Shown one piece after another: positions 34,950 through 45,201 of a stretch of 64,000 nucleotides of DNA. How positions within the stretch are numbered: the stretch's first letter is position 1; each line of letters starts with the position of its first letter. The position numbers and the translations under genes were made by a program. Below the pieces are notes generated by a model, which ran no database searches, was not told where the DNA came from, and saw nothing but the letters and a program-made list of their open reading frames with translations. Source of the stretch: Pseudonocardiales bacterium (GTDB lineage Bacteria > Actinomycetota > Actinomycetes > Mycobacteriales > QHCD01); assembly GCA_003244255.1 (NCBI GenBank), contig QHCD01000067.1, positions 2,749-66,748 of the forward strand. Direction: 5' to 3'.

Positions 34950-35894
34950 ATGCAGGAGCGCCGGGTCGGACGCAGCGGGCTGGTCGTATCACGGCTCGGC
35001 CTGGGGACGATGACTTGGGGCCGGCAGACCTCCTCCGACGACGCCGCAGCCCAGCTGCGCGCATTCCGGGACGCCGGTGGCACGCTCGTCGACACCGCGG
35101 ACGTCTACGCCGACGGCGCCAGCGAGACGATGCTCGGCGAGTTGCAGGGCGACGTCGTCCCCCGTTCCGAGCTGGTGATCGCCACGAAGGCGTGGGGCCG
35201 CACCGGACCTGGCGCGATGGGCCGCGGATCCTCCCGCGGGCATCTGCTCGACGCCCTCGACGCCTCGCTGCGCCGGCTTGGGATCGACCACGTCGACCTG
35301 TGGCAACTGCACGCCTGGGACGCCGACACGCCGCTCGAGGAGACGCTCGTTGCGCTGGAGGCGGCCGTCCGCAGCGGGCGCACCCGCTACGTCGGCATCT
35401 CCAACTTCACCGGCTGGCAGACCGCGGCCGCGGTCGCCACGCAGCAGGCGCTCGGGCGAGCGCCGATCGTCTCGACCCAGGTCGAGTACTCGCTGCTGGC
35501 GCGGGAGATCGAGGACGAGGTCGTGCCGGCATGCGAACACCTCGGCGTCGGCCTGCTGCCGTGGTCGCCGCTCGGGCGTGGGGTGCTCACCGGCAAGTAC
35601 CGCCACGGGACGCCGTCGGATTCCCGCGGCGCGTCGGAGGCGTTCGCGGGGTTCGTGAACGACTACCGGAACGACGACGCCGCCCGCATCGTCGAGGCGG
35701 TCGCGACGGCGGCCGACGGACTGGGCACCTCGCCGGTCGCCGTGGCGCTGGCATGGGTCCGCGATCGGCCCGGCGTCACCGCGCCGATCGTCGGCGCGCG
35801 CACGGCCGGCCAGCTCACCGCCTCACTGGCCGCCGACGAGCTCACCCTGCCGGCCGAGATCCGGACAGCGCTCGACGACGTCTCCGGCGGCTGA
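34950..35894 (+). CDS. Aldo/keto reductase
   Basis: LGLGTMTWG, DTADVY, SLRRLG.DHVDL.QLH, WSPLGRG. Confidence 0.95.
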   Translation: MQERRVGRSGLVVSRLGLGTMTWGRQTSSDDAAAQLRAFRDAGGTLVDTADVYADGASETMLGELQGDVVPRSELVIATKAWGRTGPGAMGRGSSRGHLLDALDASLRRLGIDHVDLWQLHAWDADTPLEETLVALEAAVRSGRTRYVGISNFTGWQTAAAVATQQALGRAPIVSTQVEYSLLAREIEDEVVPACEHLGVGLLPWSPLGRGVLTGKYRHGTPSDSRGASEAFAGFVNDYRNDDAARIVEAVATAADGLGTSPVAVALAWVRDRPGVTAPIVGARTAGQLTASLAADELTLPAEIRTALDDVSGG

Positions 35895-35968
35895 CGGCGG
35901 GCGGCGGAGTGGACCAGCGGGATACGCGCGGGGTGGACATGGCCGCGCGACGGTGCACAATGCACGAC

Positions 35969-36199
35969 ATGCCGGTAACCGGAGCCGCCGTGTCGGAGGC
36001 GGTCGACGGGGACTACGAGTACGTGCCGATGCGGATGCCGCCCGGCACGAACTGTCGCAGCGCCGCCCTGCAGCTCACCCTGCAGGCCGAGTACTCCGGC
36101 TGGGAACTCGCCCGGCTGCGGCTGCGCACCGACGGCACCCGGCAGCTGTGGCTGCGCCGCAAGCGCACCAGCGCGCGGCTGCCCGGCCCGGCGATCTGA
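35969..36199 (+). CDS. DUF5703-like small protein
   Basis: DYEY, AEYSGWELARLRL..DG.R.LWLRRK; conserved next to AKR/M20 genes. Confidence 0.75.
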   Translation: MPVTGAAVSEAVDGDYEYVPMRMPPGTNCRSAALQLTLQAEYSGWELARLRLRTDGTRQLWLRRKRTSARLPGPAI

Positions 36200-38176
36200 C
36201 TAGCCGGCAGCCGAGCGCCAGAGCTTCAGTTCCGGTACACCGGGTGGATCGAACCCGAAGATCTGCCCGTAGAACGACAGCTCGGCTTCCAGCGCTGCGA
36301 TGATGTTAGGGGCCTGCCGGAACCCGTGCTGCTCGCCGTCGAACAGCAGGTACGCGTGCGGGATCTGCTTACGCACCAGGGCATCGCGAAACATCTCGGC
36401 CTGTGACGGCGGCACGACCTTGTCGTCGGCACCCTGCAGCAGCAGCACCGGGCAGGAGACGTCGTCGACGTGCGAGAGCGGCGCGCGCTGCACGTAGAGG
36501 TCGTGGGCCTCGGGTAGCGGACCCACCAGGCCATCGATGTAGCGCGACTCGAAGTCGTGGGTATCCTTGGTGAACTCGAGCAGCTCCGCGACGCCGAACA
36601 GCGACGTGCCAGCCGCGAACACGTCGGTGGTGGTCAGGGCCGCGAGCGTCGTCCAGCCGCCCGCGGATCCGCCGCGGATGGCCAGCCGGGCGGGGTCCGC
36701 CTGGCCGGCGGCCACCAGCGCCCGCACCGCGGCGACGACGTCCTCGACGTCGACGATCCCCCACTGCCCGCGCAGCCGGTCGCGATACGCGCGACCGTAA
36801 CCGGTCGACCCGCCGTAGTTGACGTCCACGACGCCGATGCCGCGGCTGGTGAAGTAGGCCTTGGACAGGTCCAGCGCCGCGCCGACCTGGGACGTCGGGC
36901 CCCCGTGCACGAACGCGACGTAGGGCGGGCGCTCACCTTCGGGCGCGACGGCGTCGGGGTTGGTGGGCGGGTACACCAGCGCGTGCACGTCGCGGCCGCC
37001 GGGGCCGTCGACGGTGATCGCGCGAACGGGCGGCAGGAACCGCGCGTCCGGTGGTGAATCCACTGACCTGCGCACCACCTCGGCGGCGCCGGACGCGACG
37101 TCGACGACAACGAGCTCGGGCGCACGGTCCGCCGCCGCGCCGACGCCGATCACGCGCGTGCCGTCGCCGGACAGGGACGGCGCCCACTCGGTGTATGGCA
37201 CCTCGACGTCGGTCAGGGTTCCGGCGGTGGGATCGACGACGCCGAGCCGCAACTCGTCAGTGCCGTGCAGCACCGCGATCCGGCCGTCGGCCAGCGGCGT
37301 GTAGTAGCTCTGGCCGAGCGTCCACAACGGGCCGCCGAACTCCTGCTCGCCGGGACAGACGGCGTCCATGTCACCGCCGTCGAGGCGAACCCGGTAGAGG
37401 TTCCACCACCCGGACCGGTCGCTGACGAGCAACAGCTGCGTCGCATCGATCCAGGTTGGCTGCAGCACCGACTCGCCAGGCTCACCGCGGCCGCCGGCGA
37501 CGGTGCGCTCATCGCCGACCGTGCCGTCCTCGGCGACGGCGGCGACGTGCAGCGTCGTGGAGTCCCACGGCATGTCCGGGTGGTTCCAGCCGATCCAGGC
37601 CACGTGGCGGCCGTCCGGCGAGATGGTCGGGAAGGCCAGGAAGTCGCTGCCGCCCGCGAGCACCCGGACGGCGGCGGGATCGTCCGCTGCGCCGCCGTCG
37701 AGCGGTACGGCGACCAGGTTGCGCGTCACCGTGCCGGCGGCGTGCCCCTCGCGGATGCACCAGATCTCCGACCCGCCTCGGACCACCGTCGGCTCGGCGT
37801 AGCGCCACCCCGACGGCTCCGGCGGTTCGGGGGTGATCGGCTGCGGGTCGCCGCCGCCGTCGACACGGTAGAGCCGCTGGTCACCGAAGTGCGCGAAGAC
37901 CAGTGCGTGGTCCCCGCCCGCGGGAACGGGGGTCCAGCTCGCGCCGCCGTACTCGTGCACCCGGGTGCGCACGTTCCACGGCGGCGCCAGCAGGTCGTGC
38001 ACCTGACCGTTTACCCGGCGCCGCACCAGCTGCCGCCCCGCCTCCTCGGGCCTGCTCTCGGCCCACCAGACCTCGTCTCCGATCAGGGCGGCGCCCCCGA
38101 TGCGCACCCCGCCGCGGGCGATCTCCGCGGCCGATATCGGCGACGGCCACGAGCCGTAGGGCAGCGCGGTGGGCAT
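36200..38176 (-). CDS. S9 family prolyl oligopeptidase
   Basis: PYGSWPSPI, HGGP, GGSAGG, DKVVP, EQHGF. Confidence 0.95.
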   Translation of the reverse strand: MPTALPYGSWPSPISAAEIARGGVRIGGAALIGDEVWWAESRPEEAGRQLVRRRVNGQVHDLLAPPWNVRTRVHEYGGASWTPVPAGGDHALVFAHFGDQRLYRVDGGGDPQPITPEPPEPSGWRYAEPTVVRGGSEIWCIREGHAAGTVTRNLVAVPLDGGAADDPAAVRVLAGGSDFLAFPTISPDGRHVAWIGWNHPDMPWDSTTLHVAAVAEDGTVGDERTVAGGRGEPGESVLQPTWIDATQLLLVSDRSGWWNLYRVRLDGGDMDAVCPGEQEFGGPLWTLGQSYYTPLADGRIAVLHGTDELRLGVVDPTAGTLTDVEVPYTEWAPSLSGDGTRVIGVGAAADRAPELVVVDVASGAAEVVRRSVDSPPDARFLPPVRAITVDGPGGRDVHALVYPPTNPDAVAPEGERPPYVAFVHGGPTSQVGAALDLSKAYFTSRGIGVVDVNYGGSTGYGRAYRDRLRGQWGIVDVEDVVAAVRALVAAGQADPARLAIRGGSAGGWTTLAALTTTDVFAAGTSLFGVAELLEFTKDTHDFESRYIDGLVGPLPEAHDLYVQRAPLSHVDDVSCPVLLLQGADDKVVPPSQAEMFRDALVRKQIPHAYLLFDGEQHGFRQAPNIIAALEAELSFYGQIFGFDPPGVPELKLWRSAAG

Positions 38177-38219
38177 CAGGCGGTCCTCCCGGTAGCGGGA
38201 TCGTCGACGGGTGAGATGG

Positions 38220-39533
38220 TCAGCACGAGCGTAGGAACCGATCGAGGACCCGGGTACCGAACCGCAGCCCGTCGATGGGAACGCGCTCGTCGATGCCATG
38301 AAACAGTGCCGTGAAGTCGAGGTCCGGCGGCAGCTGCAGCGGCGAGTACCCGAAGCACCGCATGCCGAGGCGCTCGAAGGACTTTGCGTCAGTGCCGCCG
38401 GACATCATGTAAGGCAGTACGCGGGCACCGGGATCCTCGGCCTGCAGGGCGGCGATCATCGTCTCGACCAGCGGGCCGTCGAAGTCGGTCTCCAGCGCCT
38501 GGTCGTGGATCAGCCACTCGCGCTGCACGTTGTCGCCGAGCAATTCGTCGACCGTGCGCTCGAACTCCGCCAGCTCGCCCGGCAGGAACCGGCCGTCGAC
38601 GATCGCCTCGGCGCTGCTCGGGATGACGTTGGACTTGTAGCCCGCCTGCACGACGGTCGGGTTCGCCGTGTTGCGCAGGGTGGCACCGACGATCCGGGCC
38701 AGGCTGCCCAGTTTCGCCAGCGTGCCCTCGACGTCGTCGGGATCGAACTCGACGCCGAGCACCTCGGACACGCCCTCGAGGAACTGCCGGACCGTCCTCG
38801 TCATCACCATCGGGAACTCGTGGGTGCCGAGCCGGGCGACTGCCTCGCAGAGCGCGGTGACGGCGTTGTCGTCGTGGACCATCGAGCCGTGCCCGGGCCG
38901 GCCGCTCGCCCGCAGCCGCATCCAGGCCAGGCCCTTCTCGGCGGTCTGCACCAGGTAGAGGCGCTGACCGTCGATGGTGAGGCTGAATCCGCCCACCTCG
39001 CTGACCGCCTCGGTACAGCCCTCGAAGAGGTCGGTGTGATTGTCGACCAGGAAGCGCGCGCCCTTGCGACCGCCGTGTTCCTCATCGGCGACGAAGGCGA
39101 GCACGATGTCGCGCGGCGGCGTGACACCGGTGCGCGCCCAGTTGCGGATGACCGCCAGCGTCATCGCGTCCATGTCCTTCATGTCGACAGCGCCGCGGCC
39201 CCAGAGGTAGCCGTCGCGGCACTCGCCGGAGAAGGGATGCACGCTCCACTCGCCGACCGACGCGGGGACGACGTCGAGATGGCCGTGGACCAGCAGCGCC
39301 GGCCGGCTGCGGTCGGCGCCGGCGATCCGGGCGACGACGTTCGCCCGGCCCGGCTCCGATTCGAGGATCACCGAGTCGATGCCGACCTCGTCGAGCCTCC
39401 CCGCCACGTACTCGGCAGCGGCCCGCTCCCCGGCGCAGGTCTCGGGGTCGCCGGTATTGGTGGTGTCGATGCGGATCAGCTCGGAGCACAGCTCGACGAC
39501 GTCGTCGGCCGCGGGTGGGATCGCTGCGGTCAT
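38220..39533 (-). CDS. M20/M25/M40 metallopeptidase
   Basis: HGHLDVVP, GRGAVDMK, DEEHGG, HGIDER. Confidence 0.95.
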   Translation of the reverse strand: MTAAIPPAADDVVELCSELIRIDTTNTGDPETCAGERAAAEYVAGRLDEVGIDSVILESEPGRANVVARIAGADRSRPALLVHGHLDVVPASVGEWSVHPFSGECRDGYLWGRGAVDMKDMDAMTLAVIRNWARTGVTPPRDIVLAFVADEEHGGRKGARFLVDNHTDLFEGCTEAVSEVGGFSLTIDGQRLYLVQTAEKGLAWMRLRASGRPGHGSMVHDDNAVTALCEAVARLGTHEFPMVMTRTVRQFLEGVSEVLGVEFDPDDVEGTLAKLGSLARIVGATLRNTANPTVVQAGYKSNVIPSSAEAIVDGRFLPGELAEFERTVDELLGDNVQREWLIHDQALETDFDGPLVETMIAALQAEDPGARVLPYMMSGGTDAKSFERLGMRCFGYSPLQLPPDLDFTALFHGIDERVPIDGLRFGTRVLDRFLRSC

Positions 39534-39637
39534 GGCCTTCATTCCTACCAGGCCAGCCGTGAGCGGCGCCGTCCCGGAGGCCGCGGTCCGCTAGAGTGAC
39601 TGGCTGCGCACGCCGTCGTACGCCGGCGTGCCGGCAG

Positions 39638-39723
39638 GTCCGAGTGGCGGAATGGCAGACGCGCTAGCTTGAGGTGCTAGTGCCCTATTAACGGGCGTGG
39701 GGGTTCAAGTCCCCCCTCGGACA
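39638..39723 (+). tRNA. tRNA-Leu (GAG)
   Basis: GTCCGAG/CTCGGAC acceptor stem, TT-GAG-GT anticodon loop, long variable arm, GTTCAAGTC T-arm; CCA not encoded. Confidence 0.97.
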
Positions 39724-39912
39724 CTTTGTGTTATCTCACGAGATACCGGACAGCCTGAACCTCGGGTTTTGGCCTGTTGTGGCTTCGGTGAGGTGCGGAG
39801 CCTGACCCGGTTCTGCGGGCGGCGACTCGCGTGAGGGTGCCGTACGACGCACCGGCATCGGCCGCTCAAGCCAACGAAGTCCACAGTGGTATCGAACAGC
39901 CTGTGCCGGTCG

Positions 39913-40587
39913 CTACCGGGCACCCTGGACAACGAAGATCATGTCGATCACCTTCGCCCTGGTGTACCTGCGAGTCGTCGGCAACTCCGTGTCGAAGTCG
40001 AGTGTCTGCTTTCGATGCGACTCGATAACGTCAATGTTGTCCTCATAGAACTGACCGACCTTACGCAACGACTTGACTCCGAACGTCCAAACGGCGAAGC
40101 CCTTCCTGAAGCTGGTGTCGAACGCTGGGACGCACCCCATCGTGCCGAGCATGACCTTGGTGACCAAGGTGTCTGATGCTCGGCCGGGCAGTGTGCCGCC
40201 GAGTTGGCCCCGAAAGCTCATGATCATCTGGATTGCGTCCTCGGAGTATTGATCCGCGTCCATCGTCCAGAGCTCTGCGGGCGCAGAAACCAGCTCCGTG
40301 ACGACCGGGATGAACCTGCGAACGCTGTGCTGCAGCAGCGTCGAAGAGCCGCGAAACATGCCCCAGCTCGCCAGGTAGAAGCCGAGATGCAGACAGGACA
40401 GTTGCAGGGACTCTCCGCTGACCAAGCAGTCCAGCTTGCCCTGTTCCCGCGCTGTCTGGAAGTAGTTGAAGCAGTAGTCGAACGATGCGTAGCGACTCTC
40501 CGGTTCTCGATCGCGGCTGTAATGATCAAGGTTCGCCTCGATGTCGAGCGCGCCCACGAGGATGCCTCCCCAAGTTCGCAGCATCAC
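39913..40587 (-). CDS. Hypothetical protein of lower GC at the tRNA 3' side
   Basis: 224-aa ORF with ordinary protein composition; motifs FYLASWGMFRGS and TLVTKVMLGTMGCVPAFD. Confidence 0.8.
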   Translation of the reverse strand: MMLRTWGGILVGALDIEANLDHYSRDREPESRYASFDYCFNYFQTAREQGKLDCLVSGESLQLSCLHLGFYLASWGMFRGSSTLLQHSVRRFIPVVTELVSAPAELWTMDADQYSEDAIQMIMSFRGQLGGTLPGRASDTLVTKVMLGTMGCVPAFDTSFRKGFAVWTFGVKSLRKVGQFYEDNIDVIESHRKQTLDFDTELPTTRRYTRAKVIDMIFVVQGAR

Positions 40588-40832
40588 CTTCTAGGCGTCA
40601 TCCGTATCGTGCGTGGCGGTGACCGCCGTGAGCTCGCTTCGGGTTGACGTCTCGGCTGGCGAGGCTGACTCGCTTTCCGGATCAGCATGACCGTTTTCGG
40701 ATCACGGCGCTGGAGAACCGGGTCAGTCGCCCGCCGCCCGGGGAACCGTCGTCACCGGCGCCGTGGCGGGGAGTAGACACTGATGCCAGTGGGCCGCGCC
40801 GTCGCGCGGATGGCGAGCCGGGAGACGTGACC

Positions 40833-41864
40833 GTGAAGGCGCTATACAAGCCCGGCCCGGCGGCCGGGTTCGAGCTGACCGACCGGCCGGAGCCGTCGGC
40901 CGGAGCGGGCGACGTCACGATCCGCGTCCTGCGCACCGGAATCTGCGGCACCGACCTGCACATCCAGGCATGGGACGCCTGGGCGGCGGGCGCCGTCGCG
41001 GCTCCGCTGGTGCCCGGTCACGAGTTCTGCGGCGATGTCGTCGAGGTCGGCGCCGATGTCCGCGACGTGCGGGTCGGTGATCTGGTGTCCGGCGAGGGAC
41101 ATGTCGTGTGCGGCACCTGCCGCAACTGCCGAGCCGGGCGTCGGCACATGTGTATCCGCACGTCGGGCGTCGGCGTCGACCGCGACGGCGCGTTCGCCGA
41201 ATACGTCGTGCTGCCGGAATCCAATGTCTGGGTGCACCACACGCCGGTGGAACCGGAGCTCGGCGCGATCTTCGATCCGTTCGGCAACGCCGTGCACACG
41301 GCGCTGTCGTTCCCGCTGGTCGGTGAGGACGTCCTGATCACCGGCGCCGGGCCGATCGGCCTGATGGCCGCCGCGGTCGCGAGGCATGTCGGTGCGCGTT
41401 ACGTCGTCATCACCGACGTCAGCGAGCCGCGGCTGGAACTCGCCCGGCAGCTGGGAGTGGACGTCGCCGTCAACGTCACAACGGGAAGCATCGCCGATAC
41501 GCAGCATGCGCTCGGCATGGTCGAGGGCTTCGACGTCGCGCTGGAGATGAGCGGCCACCCGACGGCGCTGCCGGACGTGATCGCCAACCTCAATCACGGC
41601 GGCCGGATCGCGATGCTCGGCCTGCCGAGCCAGCCGATCACCATCGACTGGGCGAAGGTGGTCACGCACATGATCACCATCAAGGGCATCTACGGTCGGG
41701 AGATGTTCGAAACCTGGTATGCCATGAGCGCGATGCTGCGGTCCGGCCTGGACATCTCGGCGGTCATCACCGACCGGCTGCCGGCGACGGAATGGCAGCG
41801 GGCGTTCGCGACGGCCCGCGCCGGACAAGGCGGCAAGGTGGTCCTGGATTGGACGGTGTTCTGA
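40833..41864 (+). CDS. tdh: L-threonine 3-dehydrogenase
   Basis: [12 protein letters not shown], CxxCxx[22 protein letters not shown]. Confidence 0.96.
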   Translation: MKALYKPGPAAGFELTDRPEPSAGAGDVTIRVLRTGICGTDLHIQAWDAWAAGAVAAPLVPGHEFCGDVVEVGADVRDVRVGDLVSGEGHVVCGTCRNCRAGRRHMCIRTSGVGVDRDGAFAEYVVLPESNVWVHHTPVEPELGAIFDPFGNAVHTALSFPLVGEDVLITGAGPIGLMAAAVARHVGARYVVITDVSEPRLELARQLGVDVAVNVTTGSIADTQHALGMVEGFDVALEMSGHPTALPDVIANLNHGGRIAMLGLPSQPITIDWAKVVTHMITIKGIYGREMFETWYAMSAMLRSGLDISAVITDRLPATEWQRAFATARAGQGGKVVLDWTVF

Positions 41865-43051
41865 TGTACGGCGCGGTGCGCGGCGATGTGCAGGCAACAC
41901 TGGCCGAGATCCGGGAAGCGGGGCTGTACAAGGCCGAACGGCAGCTGGCCTCGCCGCAATCGGCTCGGGTGACCGCCAACGGCAAGCAGGTGCTGAACTT
42001 CTGCGCGAACAACTACCTTGGTCTGGCCGACCACCCCGACGTCGTCGCCGCGGCCAAGAAAGCCTTGGACGACTGGGGTTTCGGGATGGCAAGCGTGCGG
42101 TTCATCTGCGGCACGCAGACCCAGCACACCGAACTCGAACGCCGGCTGTCAGCATTCCTTGGCACCGAAGCGACGATCCTCTACTCGTCCTGCTTCGACG
42201 CGAACGGCGGCCTGTTCGAGGTGCTGCTCGACGAACGCGACGCCGTCCTCTCCGACGAGCTCAACCACGCCTCCATCATCGACGGAATCCGGCTGTGCAA
42301 GGCGAAGCGGCTGCGCTATGCGAACCGCGACATGGCCGACCTCGAATCCCAGCTGACCTCGGCAGCGGGTGCGCGGCGGCGGCTCGTCGTCACCGACGGC
42401 GTCTTCTCCATGGACGGCTACCTCGCACCGCTGGACGATATCTGCGCCCTGGCCGAACGACACGACGCGCTGGTGATGGTCGACGACTCCCACGCCGTCG
42501 GCTTCGTGGGCCCGTCCGGCGCCGGCACGCCCGACCTGTTCGGCGTGCAGGAGCGCGTCGACATCGTCTCCGGGACCCTCGGCAAGGCGCTGGGTGGCGC
42601 GTCGGGCGGCTACGTCAGCGCCCGGGCGGAGATCGTCGAGCTGCTCCGCCAGCGATCCCGGCCCTACCTGTTCTCCAACGCCGTCGCGCCGTCCGTGGTC
42701 GCGGGATCGCTCGCTGCGCTCAACCTGATCGCCGGCAGCGCCGAGCAGCGCGACACCCTGCGCGAGAACACGACGCTGTTCCGGGCGCTCATGACCGACG
42801 AGGGTTTCGACGTGCTCGCCGGCGAACACCCGATCGCACCGGTCATGTTCGGTGACGCCGCCCTCGCCACCCGGATCGCCGACGCGATGCTCGATGAGGG
42901 CGTCTACGTGATCGCGTTCTCCTATCCGGTCGTGCCATCGGGCCGGGCGCGCATCCGGGTGCAGCTCTCGGCGGCGCACACGACGGGCGACGTCGAACGT
43001 TGTGTGCAGGCGTTTGTCGCCGCGCGCGGGGCGGTGGGCGCGGCGATCTGA
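41864..43051 (+). CDS. kbl: Glycine C-acetyltransferase
   Basis: [36 protein letters not shown]. Confidence 0.96.
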   Translation: MYGAVRGDVQATLAEIREAGLYKAERQLASPQSARVTANGKQVLNFCANNYLGLADHPDVVAAAKKALDDWGFGMASVRFICGTQTQHTELERRLSAFLGTEATILYSSCFDANGGLFEVLLDERDAVLSDELNHASIIDGIRLCKAKRLRYANRDMADLESQLTSAAGARRRLVVTDGVFSMDGYLAPLDDICALAERHDALVMVDDSHAVGFVGPSGAGTPDLFGVQERVDIVSGTLGKALGGASGGYVSARAEIVELLRQRSRPYLFSNAVAPSVVAGSLAALNLIAGSAEQRDTLRENTTLFRALMTDEGFDVLAGEHPIAPVMFGDAALATRIADAMLDEGVYVIAFSYPVVPSGRARIRVQLSAAHTTGDVERCVQAFVAARGAVGAAI

Positions 43052-43489
43052 CTACGCCGTGGCTTGCGGCTCCCCGACGGTTCGCCACAACACGAACAGC
43101 GCCGATCCGGGCGGGACCAGGACCCAGATCCACCACGGGTAGTACCAGCCGAGCCGGCCGATGCACACCAGTGCCCAGACCACGACGTTCACGGCACCGC
43201 CGGCCACCCAGATCGTGGTGAGAACGCGGAGTACGGCCGGGCCGATGTCGTAGCGCGGTCGCGGACGGGTCGGCATCGGCGCGACGATGGGTTGCCGCGC
43301 CGGCAGATCGGCGGTGATGGCCCGCAGCTCGGCCCACGTCGTCGCGGCCCACACCCTGGTGGCCCGCTCGGCGAACTCGTCGATCGAGAGGTAGCCCGCT
43401 CCGACGGCGGCGCGCAGCAGCTCGATGACCGCCTCGCGGTCGGCGTCGCCGGCACGCATCCAGCCGGGCGTTCGGGCAACTTCCTCCAC
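43052..43489 (-). CDS. DUF1707 (SHOCT-like) protein with two TM helices
   Basis: MRAGDADRE...GYLSIDEF.ER...EL..ITADLP; hydrophobic C-terminus. Confidence 0.8.
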   Translation of the reverse strand: MEEVARTPGWMRAGDADREAVIELLRAAVGAGYLSIDEFAERATRVWAATTWAELRAITADLPARQPIVAPMPTRPRPRYDIGPAVLRVLTTIWVAGGAVNVVVWALVCIGRLGWYYPWWIWVLVPPGSALFVLWRTVGEPQATA

Positions 43490-43629
43490 GGCCCGATCGT
43501 CGGCGCAATTGCGACGCGATGCGCTGGTAGCACCACGAGACGTTGCGGTGGGGCTAGCCCTACCATCCCGCATCGGTAAGCCGAGTCCGCGCCGCGTCTG
43601 TGCCGAGTCCGGCCGCGTAGGCTGCGGCC

Positions 43630-44379
43630 ATGACCGGTTGGCCTCTTGCCGCCGCGACGTTCCTCGCCTGCGGCGTCGAGGCGGTCGAGGCCGCGACGAT
43701 CGTGCTCGCGGTAGGCCTCACCCGCGGATGGAGCTCGGCCGGCCGCGGCGTCGCCGCAGCCCTGATCGTGCTTGTCGCGGTGGTCGCGGTGCTCGGCCCG
43801 GCGGTGTCCGCACTCCCGCTCGGCGCGCTCCGGATCGTCGTCGGCGGCCTGCTGCTGGTCTTCGGCCTGGGCTGGCTGCGCAAGGCCATCCTGCGGGCCG
43901 CGGGCTACCGGGCCCTGCACGACGAGGACCAGATCTACCGTCGGGAGACGGCCAGCGCGCTCACGGCGTCATCCCGCTCCGCGTTCGCCGTGCCCGACGT
44001 GTACGGGTTCACGATCGCGTTCAAGGGCGTCCTGCTCGAGGGACTCGAGGTCGTCTTCATCGTGCTGACCTTCGGGACAAACGCCCACCACGTGGGGATC
44101 GCCTCCATCGCGGCGCTCGCCGCCATCGGCGTCGTCGTGGCCGTGGCGATCGCCGTCCGAGGCCCGCTCACCCGCGTGCCGGAGAACACGTTGAAGCTCC
44201 TGGTGGGCACGATGCTGACGTCGTTCGGCACCTTCTGGGCCGGTGAGGGCGCCGGCGCGCACTGGCCGGGCGCGGACGCGTCACTGCTGTGGCTGACCCC
44301 GGCCGTTCTCGTGGTCGTGCTCGCAGCAGCCGGCTGGCTGCGTGCCGGCCGGCGCTCGGCCCTGGCGACCAGCCGGTGA
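43630..44379 (+). CDS. COG4280-like membrane protein, possible metal transporter
   Basis: Repeated acidic TM motifs VEAVEA and LLEGLEV; VPENTLK. Confidence 0.7.
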   Translation: MTGWPLAAATFLACGVEAVEAATIVLAVGLTRGWSSAGRGVAAALIVLVAVVAVLGPAVSALPLGALRIVVGGLLLVFGLGWLRKAILRAAGYRALHDEDQIYRRETASALTASSRSAFAVPDVYGFTIAFKGVLLEGLEVVFIVLTFGTNAHHVGIASIAALAAIGVVVAVAIAVRGPLTRVPENTLKLLVGTMLTSFGTFWAGEGAGAHWPGADASLLWLTPAVLVVVLAAAGWLRAGRRSALATSR

Positions 44380-44597
44380 GTGCGCTCGCAACCCGGGCGC
44401 GGGCGTTCGCGGCGTTCTGGTGGGATTTCGTCGTGGGTGACGACTGGCGGATCGCGGTCGGCGTCGTGATCGCCATCGCCGCAACCGCGCTGCTCGCTCA
44501 CACCGGCGTGCCGGCGTGGTTCGTGCTGCCCGTTATCGTCGTCGCGGTGCTCGCCTGGTCGGTGCGCCGGGCGGCCAGGCGGGCGGTCGACCAGTGA
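44376..44597 (+). CDS. Small membrane protein
   Basis: GTGA overlap; FWWDFVVGDDW followed by two TM segments. Confidence 0.7.
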   Translation: MSALATRARAFAAFWWDFVVGDDWRIAVGVVIAIAATALLAHTGVPAWFVLPVIVVAVLAWSVRRAARRAVDQ

Positions 44598-44667
44598 CAT
44601 TCGTTCCTACCAGGACCAGACTTGTGGATCTGCCGCGCGGGCCCTGCTCGATGGCAACCTGTCATTC

Positions 44668-45201
44668 ATGGCACCGATCCCTGCTCCACCGGCCCCTGAT
44701 TCCCCGGACTCGACCGCCCTTCGGTTGCGGGCACCCGCCAACCGGGTGAGCCGGCGGGCGATCCGCTACTGGGCAACCCGCGCCGCCGCCGGCTGGCTGG
44801 TTCCGGTCGGCAGCCAGGTCCTCTCGATCGCGATCTCGCAGGCCGCCCTCGGCCCGCGGCTGATCGCCGTCATCGCCACCGCGGTCCTCGCTGGCGCGCA
44901 CTGCACCGTGATGCCGCAGTGGCGCTACCGCGTACATCGCTGGGAGACGACGCCGACTGCCGTCTACACCCAATCCGGCTGGTTCGACCAGGAGCGTCGG
45001 ATCGCGCCGATCTCGCGGATCCAGACGGTTGACTCCGAGCGCGGGCCGTTCGAACAGGTCTTCGGTCTTGCCAACGTCACCGTGACGACGGCGTCTGCCG
45101 CCGGCCCGCTGACCGTCAAGGGCCTCGATCGCGACGTCGCTGCCGCGCTGGTTGACGACCTGACCCGCGTCACCGAGGCCGACCGGAGCGACGCGACGTG
45201 A
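44668..45201 (+). CDS. bPH_2 domain membrane protein (YdbS-like)
   Basis: PQWRYRVHRWE, RIQTVDSERGP. Confidence 0.88.
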   Translation: MAPIPAPPAPDSPDSTALRLRAPANRVSRRAIRYWATRAAAGWLVPVGSQVLSIAISQAALGPRLIAVIATAVLAGAHCTVMPQWRYRVHRWETTPTAVYTQSGWFDQERRIAPISRIQTVDSERGPFEQVFGLANVTVTTASAAGPLTVKGLDRDVAAALVDDLTRVTEADRSDAT

